From Terriglobia bacterium (GTDB taxonomy: Bacteria; Acidobacteriota; Terriglobia; 20CM-2-55-15), in the NCBI GenBank assembly GCA_963664115.2, contig CAXWPJ010000002.1, positions 1,037,191-1,101,190 on the forward strand: a DNA stretch of 64,000 nucleotides. Direction: 5' to 3'. Made by a program: the position numbers and the translations under genes. Shown here piece after piece: positions 1-10,053 of this stretch. Below the pieces are notes generated by a model, which was given only the letters and a program-made list of their open reading frames with translations, did not search any database and was not told where the DNA came from. Every line of letters starts with the position of its first letter. Position 1 is the first letter of the stretch.

Positions 1-2053
1 TTTTGAACAGACCGATGTCGCCGGTCCGTGTCGTGTGCGTCCCGCCGCAGAGCTCGCTGCTAACCCCAGGCACCGAAACGACACGTACTTTTTGCTGATA
101 TTTCTCACCAAAGAAAGCAATGGCCCCCGATTCGACAGCCGCGTTGAGCTCCATGATTTCGGTCCCGACCGGGTGATTCTCAAGGATGACGCGGTTGATG
201 TTTCCTTCGATGTCCTCGATCTCAGCTCTACCGAGCGCGGCGTAGTGCGTGTAATCGAATCGCAGGCGGTTCGGGGCCACCAATGAGCCTGCTTGCTTGA
301 CATGCACGCCCAGGGCACTCCGTAGTGCGGCATGGAGCAGGTGGGTTCCGGTGTGGTTGGCTGCGATTCGTTTCCTCCGCGGGGCATCGACCCGGGCTTC
401 AACCTCTTCACCCACCGAGAGTTTTCCGACTTCAACCTCCACGCGGTGGACTGTGAGCCCGTGCGCGGGTGAAATGGTGTCGACCACCCGGACGGCCCCA
501 TTCGGAGAAGTCAAACCCCCGATGTCGCCGACCTGCCCCCCGGATTCGGCGTAGAAGGGGGTTTCCGACAGAATGACCTCCGCCTCCCCGCCCTTGCCTT
601 CCACCGTCTGGATGGACTCGTTGCCACGGACAATCCCCAACACACGGGCCCGGCCTTCGGTCGTGTCATATCCGAGAAATGTGGTCCCGCCCTCTGTGAG
701 GAACTTTTCGTAAGCCGCCGACGTCCTTTGACTGCCTTTCCAGCTCTCTTTCGCCCGTTTTTTCTGCTTTTCCAACGCCGCGTTGAAACCGTCGGCATCG
801 AGACCCAGGGCCTTTTCTTCCGATATCTCTCGAATGAAATCCAGCGGCAGCCCGAAGGTGTCGTACAGCCTGAACACCTCCTGGCCGGCGATGACATCGC
901 TTCCTGCGGCAAGCGTCTTTTCCGCTATTTCCTCCAGCTTGCCCACAGCCACGGATACTGTGGCTGAAAAACGCCGTTCCTCACTTTCGACAACCCGGGA
1001 CACGTATTCACGGCTGTTGACCAGATCGGGATAGGCGTCCTGCATCAGCTCCACGACATGTCCGGTCATGGTGTGGAGAAACGGTTCTTTGTGACCGAGG
1101 ATGGTGCCTTGTCGAATCCCGCGGCGCATGATCTTCCGCAGTACGTATCCTCGACCCTCGTTGGACGGAATGATGCCGTCACTGATAAGAAATGTTGCGG
1201 ACCGAACGTGGTCGGCAATGATTCTCAGTGACACATCGTTCGAGGGTGACTCCCCGTATCGCACACCGAACAGTTCGCCCCCACGATCGATCAGCGAGCG
1301 CAACAAGTCTGTGTCGAAAACGCTGATCTTGTCCTGCAAGACCGAAGCCATGCGCTCCAGTCCCATGCCCGTATCGATGGATGGTCGTGGGAGCGGGTTC
1401 AAATCACCGCTCTGGTTCCGGTCGAACTGCATGAAGACCAGATTCCAAATCTCGACGTATCGTCCGCACTCGCAGGGGAATTCGCAGTCGGTGTGGTTTC
1501 GTTCGCTCCCCCCGGCCCCGAAGTCGTAGTAGAGTTCTGAACAGGGGCCGCATGGTCCGGTCTCGCCCATCTGCCAGAAGTTGTCCTTTTCGTCCATCCG
1601 AACGATGCGTTCTGAGGCCACTCCGACGTGATCGTTCCACAAATTCGCAGCTTCGTCGTCCTCCCGGAACACAGTGACCCACAGTTTTTCGGGGGGCAAA
1701 GCGAATTCCTGGGTCAGGAGTTCCCACGCGAATTCCACCGCTTCTTTCTTGAAGTAGTCTCCAAACGAGAAGTTGCCCAGCATCTCAAAGAACGTGAGGT
1801 GTCGGCTCGTGTGCCCGACGTTGTCCAGATCGTTGTGTTTGCCACCGGCGCGGACGCATTTCTGAGCGCTGACCCCACGGGAGTAATCCCTGGTGTCCAA
1901 CCCCAGGAAAACGTCCTTGAACTGGTTCATGCCTGCGTTCACGAAAAGGAGTGTGGGATCCTCGGCGGGTATCAGCGACGAACTGGATACGCGTGTGTGA
2001 CCGCGGTTCTCAAAAAACGTCAGAAACTTTTGCCGGACTTCGACGCTGTTCAT
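1..2053 (-). CDS. alaS: Alanine--tRNA ligase (3' end outside window)
   Basis: Not in ORF track because it runs off the edge. Manual minus-strand translation from ATG at 2053: MNSVEVRQKFLTFF...DPTLLFVNAGMNQFK...TFFEMLGNFSFGDYFK...IDTGMGLER...TPFYAESGGQVGD...NHTGTHLLHAALR...ELCGGTH. ATGA overlap with the recX stop. Confidence 0.98.
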   Translation of the reverse strand, partial: MNSVEVRQKFLTFFENRGHTRVSSSSLIPAEDPTLLFVNAGMNQFKDVFLGLDTRDYSRGVSAQKCVRAGGKHNDLDNVGHTSRHLTFFEMLGNFSFGDYFKKEAVEFAWELLTQEFALPPEKLWVTVFREDDEAANLWNDHVGVASERIVRMDEKDNFWQMGETGPCGPCSELYYDFGAGGSERNHTDCEFPCECGRYVEIWNLVFMQFDRNQSGDLNPLPRPSIDTGMGLERMASVLQDKISVFDTDLLRSLIDRGGELFGVRYGESPSNDVSLRIIADHVRSATFLISDGIIPSNEGRGYVLRKIMRRGIRQGTILGHKEPFLHTMTGHVVELMQDAYPDLVNSREYVSRVVESEERRFSATVSVAVGKLEEIAEKTLAAGSDVIAGQEVFRLYDTFGLPLDFIREISEEKALGLDADGFNAALEKQKKRAKESWKGSQRTSAAYEKFLTEGGTTFLGYDTTEGRARVLGIVRGNESIQTVEGKGGEAEVILSETPFYAESGGQVGDIGGLTSPNGAVRVVDTISPAHGLTVHRVEVEVGKLSVGEEVEARVDAPRRKRIAANHTGTHLLHAALRSALGVHVKQAGSLVAPNRLRFDYTHYAALGRAEIEDIEGNINRVILENHPVGTEIMELNAAVESGAIAFFGEKYQQKVRVVSVPGVSSELCGGTHTTRTGDIGLFK

Positions 2054-2523
2054 AGAAACTCTTCCATCTCACGGAGAATCTCCTCCGCATCATATCCAAG
2101 ACGTTCCATGGACCTCGAAAGACGAGCCGCATCCTTCTTTCGAAGGGGGGAGTCGAGCTTCGAACTCTTCATTTTAGCCCTCAGGATTTCCCGGGCTGTA
2201 GGCCAATTCTCACTTTCTATAACTTCCCGAATAACGTCTGCAGGAACGCCGTGGCGCTCGAGGTCGGCTTCGAGCTGTAGTCGGCCCCGGCGTGTACGAC
2301 TCCTTACGAAGTTTTCAGCGAAGCGGCGGTCATCGAGGAAACCCTCCAACCTTAAGCGTTCGATCACTTCTTCGGGAACGGTTTCGAACCGTTGTTCCAG
2401 CTTAAGGCATAGTCGGTGAGTGCTGTAGTCACGGCCTGCCAGCAGTTTCAGGGCGTGGCCGTATATTTCCTTCATGAAACTGAGATGGGTGACCCGGGTT
2501 AAGGATGTCTGAACCCGTGTCAC
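2050..2523 (-). CDS. recX: Regulatory protein RecX (start may be ATG at 2475)
   Basis: ALKLLAGRDYS...GFLDDRRFAENFVRSR...LERHGV...RLGY are RecX helical-repeat motifs; sits immediately upstream of alaS. Confidence 0.88.
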   Translation of the reverse strand: MTRVQTSLTRVTHLSFMKEIYGHALKLLAGRDYSTHRLCLKLEQRFETVPEEVIERLRLEGFLDDRRFAENFVRSRTRRGRLQLEADLERHGVPADVIREVIESENWPTAREILRAKMKSSKLDSPLRKKDAARLSRSMERLGYDAEEILREMEEFL

Positions 2524-2538
2524 TGCCGTTCGAGCAGG

Positions 2539-3456
2539 TCAGCCTACGGGGGTCAGCCAGCCCGCGGGCGCTGGACCGTTTCCGCTGACGATATCGAAAA
2601 ATCGAGATTGGATCTGTTCGGTCACCGGGCCTCGCTTGCCCGTGCCGACTTCAATGCGGTCGACGGATCGAACGGGAGTGATTTCGGCCGCGGTTCCGGT
2701 GAAGAACAATTCGTCGGCGATATACAGCCATTCGCGGGGAATTGCCTGCTCCCGAACCGTCAATCCAGATTCCTTCGAGATCGCCAGGACCGAGTCGCGA
2801 GTGATTCCGGCCAGAACGGACTGGGCGACGGCGGGTGTGTAAAGGATGCCATCACGGACCAGAAAGATGTTCTCACCGCTGCCTTCGCTCACAAAACCGT
2901 CTGTGTCCAGGGCGATGCCCTCAGCGTACCCGTTTGTTACGGCTTCGATCTTGATGAGCTGTGAATTCAGATAGTGGCCCGCTGCCTTTGCGGTCGCCGG
3001 AGACGAGTTTGCCGCGGATCGGGACCAGGTGGACACGCAAACATCCACTCCGGTCTCCAACGCTTCCTGTCCGAGATATGAGCCCCACTCCCACACCGCG
3101 ATATAGGTGTCGATCGGGATTCCAGCCGGGTCGATACCCAGATGCCCGTACCCTCGCAGAACGATGGGGCGGATATAGCAGGCCTCCAGTTTATTAGCGC
3201 GAATCGTCTCCAGAACCGCTTCGGATAAAGCCGATTCGTGGTAGGCCATATCGAGCCTGTAAATTTTTGCAGAGTTTATTAATCTGCGAATATGAGCGTC
3301 CAACCTGAACACTACCGAACCCGCAGGGGTTTTATAGCAACGGATGCCCTCGAAGCAGGCCGAGCCGTAGTGGACGACATGCGAAAGCACGTGAATTTGG
3401 GCACTTTCCCAATCGATGAGTTCACCGTTACGCCAGATTTTTTCTGATCGAGTCAC
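2539..3456 (-). CDS. ilvE: Branched-chain amino acid aminotransferase
   Basis: HYGSACFEGIRCY, AKAAGHY (PLP lysine), EGSGENIF, LAGITR, FFTGTAAEITP. Confidence 0.96.
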   Translation of the reverse strand: MTRSEKIWRNGELIDWESAQIHVLSHVVHYGSACFEGIRCYKTPAGSVVFRLDAHIRRLINSAKIYRLDMAYHESALSEAVLETIRANKLEACYIRPIVLRGYGHLGIDPAGIPIDTYIAVWEWGSYLGQEALETGVDVCVSTWSRSAANSSPATAKAAGHYLNSQLIKIEAVTNGYAEGIALDTDGFVSEGSGENIFLVRDGILYTPAVAQSVLAGITRDSVLAISKESGLTVREQAIPREWLYIADELFFTGTAAEITPVRSVDRIEVGTGKRGPVTEQIQSRFFDIVSGNGPAPAGWLTPVG

Positions 3457-3510
3457 GCGTCAATACCGGGATCAAAAGGTCCCTGACTCGCATGTTACAC
3501 TGAGCCGACC

Positions 3511-4041
3511 ATGCTAACGGGGAAATTCCGCACGGGATTGGCTGTCTTACTGTTGGTAGGATTGATTGCGGGATGTGGCTATCGCTTGGCCGGAGAGCGT
3601 GTTGATTCAGGTGCAGGGCGGACCCTGGCCGTTCCTGTTTTTCGAAACCTCACAACGGACTTCAGGATCGAACAGCAGTTGACTGACGCCGTACGCCGCG
3701 AACTCATTCGGCGGACGCGCTATCGGGTGACACCGGCTGGGAATGGCGATGTCATTGTCGCAGGCGAAGTCCTGGACGTTACCTCGATTCCGATCATTTT
3801 CACCGACCAGGGGCGTGGTACGGCCTACACTGTTGCCGTTGCGCTGAGTGTCCGAGTGACCGATACCGCCGACGGCAGCATCCTGTTTCAAAACGACAGA
3901 TGGACGTTCAGCGAGGTATTCGAGCTTTCGAACAACTCGGTAGAGTTTGTTCCTGAGGACTCTGCCGCAATCGATCGTCTGGCCGGTCAATTTGCGTCTT
4001 CACTGGTCGCGTCGCTCAATTACGCGAGCCGGAACCCGTGA
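3511..4041 (+). CDS. lptE: LPS assembly lipoprotein LptE-like
   Basis: Lipobox IAGCGY followed by LAVPVFRNLT; conserved position before holA. Confidence 0.8.
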   Translation: MLTGKFRTGLAVLLLVGLIAGCGYRLAGERVDSGAGRTLAVPVFRNLTTDFRIEQQLTDAVRRELIRRTRYRVTPAGNGDVIVAGEVLDVTSIPIIFTDQGRGTAYTVAVALSVRVTDTADGSILFQNDRWTFSEVFELSNNSVEFVPEDSAAIDRLAGQFASSLVASLNYASRNP

Positions 4042-4991
4042 AGTTTTCCCAATTTCGGCAACACACGCCCTCAAATCCCAGCCATGTCTACGTGTTCGCT
4101 TGCGAGGACGACTTTCTAGTCGAGGAATCCAAGACGACGTGGGCCCGCATCTTCGGAGGGACGTGGGATTTTGAGAAGCGGACCGTAAAGGAATTCGAAT
4201 CCATCGATTCATCTGAGCTGATGGAGTCGGCCCTGAGCCCGCCGCTGTTCGGTCCGTCGCGAGCGATACTGGTTACAAACGCCGGCAAGATTACAAAGAA
4301 AAGACTGGAAGACATCGGGCGCATCGGAGAACTGCCTCAGTCCTGGCTGAAGATAGTCCTGGTGGTGCAATCCCGGCGTTCAATTATCCGCGCAAAGCCG
4401 GCGATTCCCGTAATCGAAATTGACCCTCTACGGGCTGGAGACACGGTTCGCTGGCTGCGTGAGGGCTACGGTGTGTCTGCTGATGTCGCGCGATATCTGG
4501 TCGACAATCTGGGGACGGAACTCCAGACGCTCCATGCGGAAATGGAGAAGCTGACGATCTATCTGCGCGGAGCCCGTCCGCCGGAAATCCTGGACGTTGA
4601 CCAGTTGATCCTGCGTTCGGAACAATTCGGCCCGTTCGAACTCGACGATGCCTTTTTAGGCGGCGACTACTCCCGGGCCGTGCGTGTGGTGGGTGCGATG
4701 ATCGACGAAGGCGTCGTTCCTGTCCTGATCCTGTCCAGGATCGTTCGGGTCTGGCGGCAGATATTCGTGGGAAAGGTGCTGGAGGGGCGAGTTCCATCTG
4801 GCGACATTGCCAAGGCGGCCTCAATACCCCCCTGGAAAGCGGCTACCCTCGTCAACGCGTGCAGGCAATTCCAGTTGGAACACGTCGTTGAAGGTTTCGC
4901 CGTACTCCTCCGGGCGGATCGGGCGTTTAAGACCTCCTCCCCACATCCGGAACTCTATTTTGACGCGATGCTGTGGAAACTGATGCGGTGA
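4038..4991 (+). CDS. holA: DNA polymerase III delta subunit
   Basis: VYVFACEDDFLVEE, SPPLFG, EMEKL, FELDDA, ADRAFKTS; lptE-holA-rpsT synteny. Confidence 0.88.
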   Translation: MKFSQFRQHTPSNPSHVYVFACEDDFLVEESKTTWARIFGGTWDFEKRTVKEFESIDSSELMESALSPPLFGPSRAILVTNAGKITKKRLEDIGRIGELPQSWLKIVLVVQSRRSIIRAKPAIPVIEIDPLRAGDTVRWLREGYGVSADVARYLVDNLGTELQTLHAEMEKLTIYLRGARPPEILDVDQLILRSEQFGPFELDDAFLGGDYSRAVRVVGAMIDEGVVPVLILSRIVRVWRQIFVGKVLEGRVPSGDIAKAASIPPWKAATLVNACRQFQLEHVVEGFAVLLRADRAFKTSSPHPELYFDAMLWKLMR

Positions 4992-5049
4992 CAGCGGACG
5001 GACCCGACCTGGCTTCACAGGGGATTGCAAAGCGGCATCAAGAGAGCTT

Positions 5050-5316
5050 TTAAGCGGCTATGGCGTTGGCGCGACGGTTCATTCTGGACTTGTAGCGCCG
5101 GGCCGTGTTGGCCTTAATCACGCCTTTTTGTACGGACTTGTCGATCAGGCTGAAGGTCTTCCGCAGCACGGTCCGGGCCTCGTCATTCTTGCCGTCTGAG
5201 ATCGCCGTTCTCAGCTTCTTGAGTTGGGTCTTCAATTTCTGGCGGTTCATCTGATTAATGAGCCGTCGACTTTGATTCTGCCTGTTCCGCTTGAGTGCGG
5301 ATGCATGGTTTGCCAT
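5050..5316 (-). CDS. rpsT: 30S ribosomal protein S20
   Basis: MANHASALKRNRQ...IDKSVQKGVIKANTARRYKSR. Confidence 0.97.
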   Translation of the reverse strand: MANHASALKRNRQNQSRRLINQMNRQKLKTQLKKLRTAISDGKNDEARTVLRKTFSLIDKSVQKGVIKANTARRYKSRMNRRANAIAA

Positions 5317-5547
5317 CTATGGATCACCTCAAACCCCGTATGGTAGCAGTCTGCACTCTTTTCAGTCAATGCAGGGGCGGAAGCTTAGGGGATGCTGGAG
5401 TCGCTTCCGAAGTCGCTTCCTCATGGACCCCAGAGGCTCGGCTGTTGGAAAGACACCAACAAGGCTTTCCGCTACGGCCTTCCAGAGACGGCCTGTTCTC
5501 TTCGATCCGCATGATATAATTCGTGCCAGAAACATAACTCGCCAAGA

Positions 5548-6552
5548 ATGAAAAAGACCATCCCCATCGGCGAAGGTGTCGCCGACCTGTTCGGTACTTA
5601 CGACAGCAACATTAAGTATTTGGAATCCGTGCTCGGTGTCGAGGTCCGTATTGCGGAACACAATTTGACCGTGGAAGGCGACGATGCCGATGTCAGACTC
5701 GTGGACAGTATCATTCAGGACTACGCCAGAGTTCGGGCTGAGGGCGTGAAGCTTTCCGAAGAGGACTTGAAATCCGTCATTCGGATAGTCTCGGAAGACA
5801 ATTCCGTCACCCTGCGCCAGGTGGTTAGCGAACCCCGCCAGTTTCAAATCGGGAAGCGGAACGTTTCACCGAAGACGCTCAATCAAAAGATCTATATGGA
5901 AGCCATTGACCGATATGACATGGTCTTTGGTGTGGGTCCGGCCGGGACCGGCAAGACCTATCTGGCCGTCAGTATGGCTGTACGGGAACTTCTGGCAAAG
6001 CGCGTCAGCCGTATAGTCCTGACGCGGCCGGCGGTTGAGGCCGGTGAGCGGCTGGGATTCCTTCCGGGGACTCTGGAAGAAAAGGTCGATCCTTACCTGC
6101 GTCCGCTCTATGACGCCCTCTATGACTTGCTGGACACCGAACGGGTCGAACGGTATCTCGACCGCCGTGTGATCGAAATCGCCCCGATTGCTTTCATGCG
6201 GGGGCGAACCCTGGACGATGCTTTCGTCATTCTCGATGAGGCGCAGAACACGACGCCCGAGCAAATGAAGATGTTTTTGACTCGAATCGGACGGTCCTCC
6301 AAGGCAGTGATCAATGGGGACGTCACGCAAGTCGACTTGCCCTTCGGGAAACGGTCCGGGTTAATCGAAGCACGGCAAGTGCTGTCGGGAATCGAGGGCA
6401 TCGTCTTTGTGTCGTTCGACGGACGCGATGTGGTTCGCCACCGTTTGATTGCGGATATCGTGCGGGCTTACGAGGAGTTCGGCGCCGATAATGGTGCGGG
6501 TCAGGGTTCGCTGGAGTTCAGATCGCCGGAAGCCAAGGTCGAGGCGGGCTGA
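5548..6552 (+). CDS. phoH: PhoH family ATPase (YbeZ)
   Basis: GPAGTGKT, LTRPAVEAGERLGFLPG, MRGRTL, ILDEAQN. Confidence 0.96.
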   Translation: MKKTIPIGEGVADLFGTYDSNIKYLESVLGVEVRIAEHNLTVEGDDADVRLVDSIIQDYARVRAEGVKLSEEDLKSVIRIVSEDNSVTLRQVVSEPRQFQIGKRNVSPKTLNQKIYMEAIDRYDMVFGVGPAGTGKTYLAVSMAVRELLAKRVSRIVLTRPAVEAGERLGFLPGTLEEKVDPYLRPLYDALYDLLDTERVERYLDRRVIEIAPIAFMRGRTLDDAFVILDEAQNTTPEQMKMFLTRIGRSSKAVINGDVTQVDLPFGKRSGLIEARQVLSGIEGIVFVSFDGRDVVRHRLIADIVRAYEEFGADNGAGQGSLEFRSPEAKVEAG

Positions 6553-7016
6553 TGACGTCGGCAATAGCTTCCGGCGGTGCATCCCCCGGGTCGTCCGATC
6601 TTGGAGAATCCGAACCCTTTCTCTTGATAAACCGGCAACGAAAGCATCCGGTTGATCGCCCCCGAATACTGGACTTCCTGTCTCGGCTTGTTGCGGACCT
6701 GTCCCCGGACGCACCCTTTTCAGTCGTTCTAATCAGTGACAGGGTGATTCATCGATACAACCGGGAATACAGAGGACAGGACAAGGCCACAGACGTTCTT
6801 TCGTTTCCGGGAGACCCGCCATATCTGGGCGACGTTCTCATCTCTGTCGAGACTGCTTACGATCAGGCCGGACGGTCGAGGGTTTTGACTTTGGAAAGCA
6901 ACATCAGACGACTCGCCCTGCATGGATTGCTGCACTTGATGGGATTTGACCACGAAATTGACGATGGCCAGATGAGAGCCTTAGAAATCCGCCTGCGTCG
7001 TAGATTCCAATGTTGA
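6552..7016 (+). CDS. ybeY: rRNA maturation endonuclease YbeY
   Basis: NREYRGQDKATDVLSF and HGLLHLMGFDH metal-binding motif. Confidence 0.95.
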   Translation: MTSAIASGGASPGSSDLGESEPFLLINRQRKHPVDRPRILDFLSRLVADLSPDAPFSVVLISDRVIHRYNREYRGQDKATDVLSFPGDPPYLGDVLISVETAYDQAGRSRVLTLESNIRRLALHGLLHLMGFDHEIDDGQMRALEIRLRRRFQC

Positions 7017-8278
7017 TCGAACTGGAACTATTTATAGCCGCGACCCTGGTCCTGGGACTGCTGGTGATGTCGGTTCTCGACTTCGCACTTGCCGCCGTGA
7101 ACAAGATAGCATTGCGGCGCATTACAGAACACCGGGAGGGGCGGCAGCGCCAATTGACAGAGGCGCTTGAAGAGGCGCGGGCCGAAGTGTTGATGGCCGT
7201 TCACATCACGATTCAGACTCTGCTCATAGCGCTCGCCGTTCTCTTAACCGGGACGTTCCTAAGTTATCCGCTGCCGTTTTTCGCGGCTTTGCCGCTGGCG
7301 GCGGCAACGACGTTGATCATAGTCCTGGCTTTCAGGCAGTTGGTTCCCAGAGCTATAGCCCTTCGAAGCCCGGCAGACGTGCTCGAGCGCCTCATTCCCG
7401 TACTTGCCGTTCCTTATTTCGTTCTTCGGCCTATCGCCCGGCTCATCACCGCGATGCTGAATCGCTTCCACCAATGGGACGAGATTGAAGCCGAGGAGGA
7501 AGAAGAGGCATCCGAAGAGGAAATCCAGGCATTTATCGATGCCGGTCAGGAAGAGGGAATTCTCGAACAGGATGAAGGTGCCATGATTCAATCGATCGTC
7601 CAGTTTGGAGACAAAGTAGCCCTGGAAGTCATGACGCCGAGAACTCAAATCACCGCGGCCGAGGTCGCATGGGATTTTGACAGGTTCGTTGGTCAAATAC
7701 TGTCGAGCAAACACTCACGGATGCCTGTGTACCGGGACGAACTGGACAACATCGAAGGGTTTATTCACGAACGGGACCTGTTGCGTTTGAACAGAAGTGG
7801 TGGAGCGCCGGACAGCCTGCGCCCCTTCCTCCAACCCGTACACTTCGTTCCCGAGACCAAACCGATCGACGATTTACTCGAGGAAATGAGGAGCAATGGA
7901 CAACAACTGGTGCTTGTCGTCGACGAATATGGGGGCATCTCGGGGCTCATAACGATTGAAGACCTGCTCGAGGAAATCGTGGGTGAAATCAGCGACAGCC
8001 CGGGTTCTGGCAGTGCCAAGCTTCTGGACGAAGGTCGGGGAAGCTATCTTGTGCCAGGCACAACCGAACTGGATGTGTTGGACACACGGCTCGGCCTCAC
8101 CGCCTTTCCGGACACCGAGTGCACCACCGTCAGCGGTGCCGTGGTGGAACTTTTCGGGCGCTTGCCCTTGTCCGGCGAACGGATCCGGCATGACGCGCTC
8201 GCAATCGAAGTCGTGGATGCGGATCGACGGAAGGTTCGGAGCTTGCGGATAAGCACACTCGCTTCGAAATCGGGATGA
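7010..8278 (+). CDS. Hemolysin/CNNM family protein (CNNM-CBS pair-CorC)
   Basis: N-terminal TM helices, VMTPR, HSRMPVY, VVDEYGGISGLITIEDLLEEIVGEI, C-terminal CorC-like domain. Confidence 0.92.
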   Translation: MLIELELFIAATLVLGLLVMSVLDFALAAVNKIALRRITEHREGRQRQLTEALEEARAEVLMAVHITIQTLLIALAVLLTGTFLSYPLPFFAALPLAAATTLIIVLAFRQLVPRAIALRSPADVLERLIPVLAVPYFVLRPIARLITAMLNRFHQWDEIEAEEEEEASEEEIQAFIDAGQEEGILEQDEGAMIQSIVQFGDKVALEVMTPRTQITAAEVAWDFDRFVGQILSSKHSRMPVYRDELDNIEGFIHERDLLRLNRSGGAPDSLRPFLQPVHFVPETKPIDDLLEEMRSNGQQLVLVVDEYGGISGLITIEDLLEEIVGEISDSPGSGSAKLLDEGRGSYLVPGTTELDVLDTRLGLTAFPDTECTTVSGAVVELFGRLPLSGERIRHDALAIEVVDADRRKVRSLRISTLASKSG

Positions 8279-8279
8279 G

Positions 8280-9167
8280 ATGGCTGACGCTACTTTAAAA
8301 TCAGGTTTCGTCTCCATCGTTGGACGCCCGAACTCGGGAAAGTCAACGCTGCTCAACCGGCTGGTCGGCCAGAAAATATCGATCGTTACTCCCCGGCCGC
8401 AGACCACACGCAACGTTGTTCGCGGCATCGTGACCGATGCTGAAGGCCAGATCGTATTTCTCGACACACCTGGAATTCACAAGCCGCTCCATCGACTGAA
8501 CGAACGCATGATGCGGTTCATGCTCGATTCGCTCAAGCACATCGACATTGTCATGTTGATCGTGGATGCGTCGGCCAGCCACGGTCACGGCGACGAGTTC
8601 GCCCTCGACCTGATTCGGAAAGTCCATACCCGGCGTTATCTCTTGCTGAACAAGATCGACAAGATTCCCAAGCGTCAGTTGCTGCCGCAGATCACACGCT
8701 ACAGCGAGGCCGTCGACTTCGACCTCATCGTTCCCATATCGGCAAAGACCGGTGATGGCGTGGATGTTTTGAAAAAGGAAATCTATAAATGCCTGCCGGA
8801 AGGTCCACTGTACTATCCGAAAGAGCAACCGACCGACCAGCCGGAAAGGTTCCTGGTATCAGAAGTCATCCGCGAAAAATTGATTCTCATGACGCGTGAA
8901 GAGTTGCCGCATGCCACCGCGATCGCTATTGAACGATTTGAGGAGGGTGAAGGCAGGCTCCAGATCTTCGCGTCGATCTTTGTCGAACGCGAGTCGCAAA
9001 AGAAGATTGTCATCGGCCGCGGGGGACAGGTGATCAAAGAGGTCGGCACTTCAGCCCGACGAGAAATCGAATCCCTGCTCGACAGGAGAGTGCATCTTGA
9101 ACTGCACGTCAAGGTCAGAAAGAAGTGGCGGGACGATGAGCAGGTCCTCAAAGCCTTAGGGATGTAG
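8280..9167 (+). CDS. era: GTPase Era
   Basis: GRPNSGKST, QTTR, DTPG, NKID and KH-domain VIGRGG. Confidence 0.97.
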   Translation: MADATLKSGFVSIVGRPNSGKSTLLNRLVGQKISIVTPRPQTTRNVVRGIVTDAEGQIVFLDTPGIHKPLHRLNERMMRFMLDSLKHIDIVMLIVDASASHGHGDEFALDLIRKVHTRRYLLLNKIDKIPKRQLLPQITRYSEAVDFDLIVPISAKTGDGVDVLKKEIYKCLPEGPLYYPKEQPTDQPERFLVSEVIREKLILMTREELPHATAIAIERFEEGEGRLQIFASIFVERESQKKIVIGRGGQVIKEVGTSARREIESLLDRRVHLELHVKVRKKWRDDEQVLKALGM

Positions 9168-9200
9168 ACGGGAAAACAAGTCAGGAACTCCGACCCCGAT

Positions 9201-9590
9201 TTACCACTCGCTATAAGGCGTGCCTTCTGTCGAAAGGGCAGGGGCGCCGCTGCGGACATCCACTACACCCGTATCGAGTTGATCGGGAACCATCGCCGTC
9301 GAGCCGAACTCGACTTGCCATGTCGTTCGTGAATCGGTGATCGGATCTTCAGGAACTTCACGCAGGTAACCTGCCGCGATCAGGTCTTCAAGAGATTGCG
9401 GCGCGGTTCGCTTGTCGGCGGTGTACTGATCGATGACGGAGCGGATAGAGTGGAGGTTTTCCTTGAGGACCGCTTCTTTTGCCCGGAGGATCGTCGCCTG
9501 GTACATCGGAACGGCAATCGAAGCCAGGATGGCGATGATCGTCAGGACGATCATCAGTTCCAGCAACGTGAAGCCGCGCGTTCGGTTCAA
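9201..9590 (-). CDS. Prepilin/pseudopilin (GspG-like)
   Basis: Class III signal RGFTLLELMIVL...; YLREVPEDP. Likely TTG start at 9590 with GGAG upstream (track ORF extends to 9632). Confidence 0.88.
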   Translation of the reverse strand: MNRTRGFTLLELMIVLTIIAILASIAVPMYQATILRAKEAVLKENLHSIRSVIDQYTADKRTAPQSLEDLIAAGYLREVPEDPITDSRTTWQVEFGSTAMVPDQLDTGVVDVRSGAPALSTEGTPYSEW

Positions 9591-9591
9591 T

Positions 9592-10053
9592 CTACCACTC
9601 CGAGTACACGCTGCCGTCGAGAGCCAGCGCATTGGATCGTGTGTAGACGTCGAAGACGTTTTCGCCTCCCCATGAATTGGACTCTGGATCGTCCTGGTAG
9701 GAGCGCAAACCCCATTCGGTGGAGTTTGTCATAGGGTCAACGAGAATTCGCCTGAGAAATCTTAACCTCCTGTCTACTGCGCCGATCTGATCCACGCCCT
9801 CGACCAGAAGTTCCAGGCCCTCGGGGTATCCCTCAGTACCCAGAGTGATTTCGATCAATCCAAGATCGGATGCTTCCTTGAATCGATCGATAGCCACCCG
9901 CATTTCCCGAAGGGCCCGCCGCAACTCGACTTCCTGCTGGCGCCGGATGGAGTTTCGGGCGAGTGGGACAGCCAAACCCGCGATGATAGCGATGAGCGTC
10001 ACCGTGACGATCAACTCGATCAGAGAAAACCCGTGTTGGCGGTGCCCCCTCAC
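9592..10053 (-). CDS. Prepilin/pseudopilin (GspG-like)
   Basis: HGFSLIELIVTV...; FLRRILVDPMT; ends GSVYSEW like its neighbour. Confidence 0.88.
   Translation of the reverse strand: MRGHRQHGFSLIELIVTVTLIAIIAGLAVPLARNSIRRQQEVELRRALREMRVAIDRFKEASDLGLIEITLGTEGYPEGLELLVEGVDQIGAVDRRLRFLRRILVDPMTNSTEWGLRSYQDDPESNSWGGENVFDVYTRSNALALDGSVYSEW

Noticed and set aside
1628-2419. 263-aa plus-strand ORF and other long antisense ORFs (12338..13306, 37412..38230, 55149..56510, 63007..63990)
   Set aside because: Shadow frames opposite well-supported genes (alaS/recX, sugar transferase, lipA, transposase, ligA).
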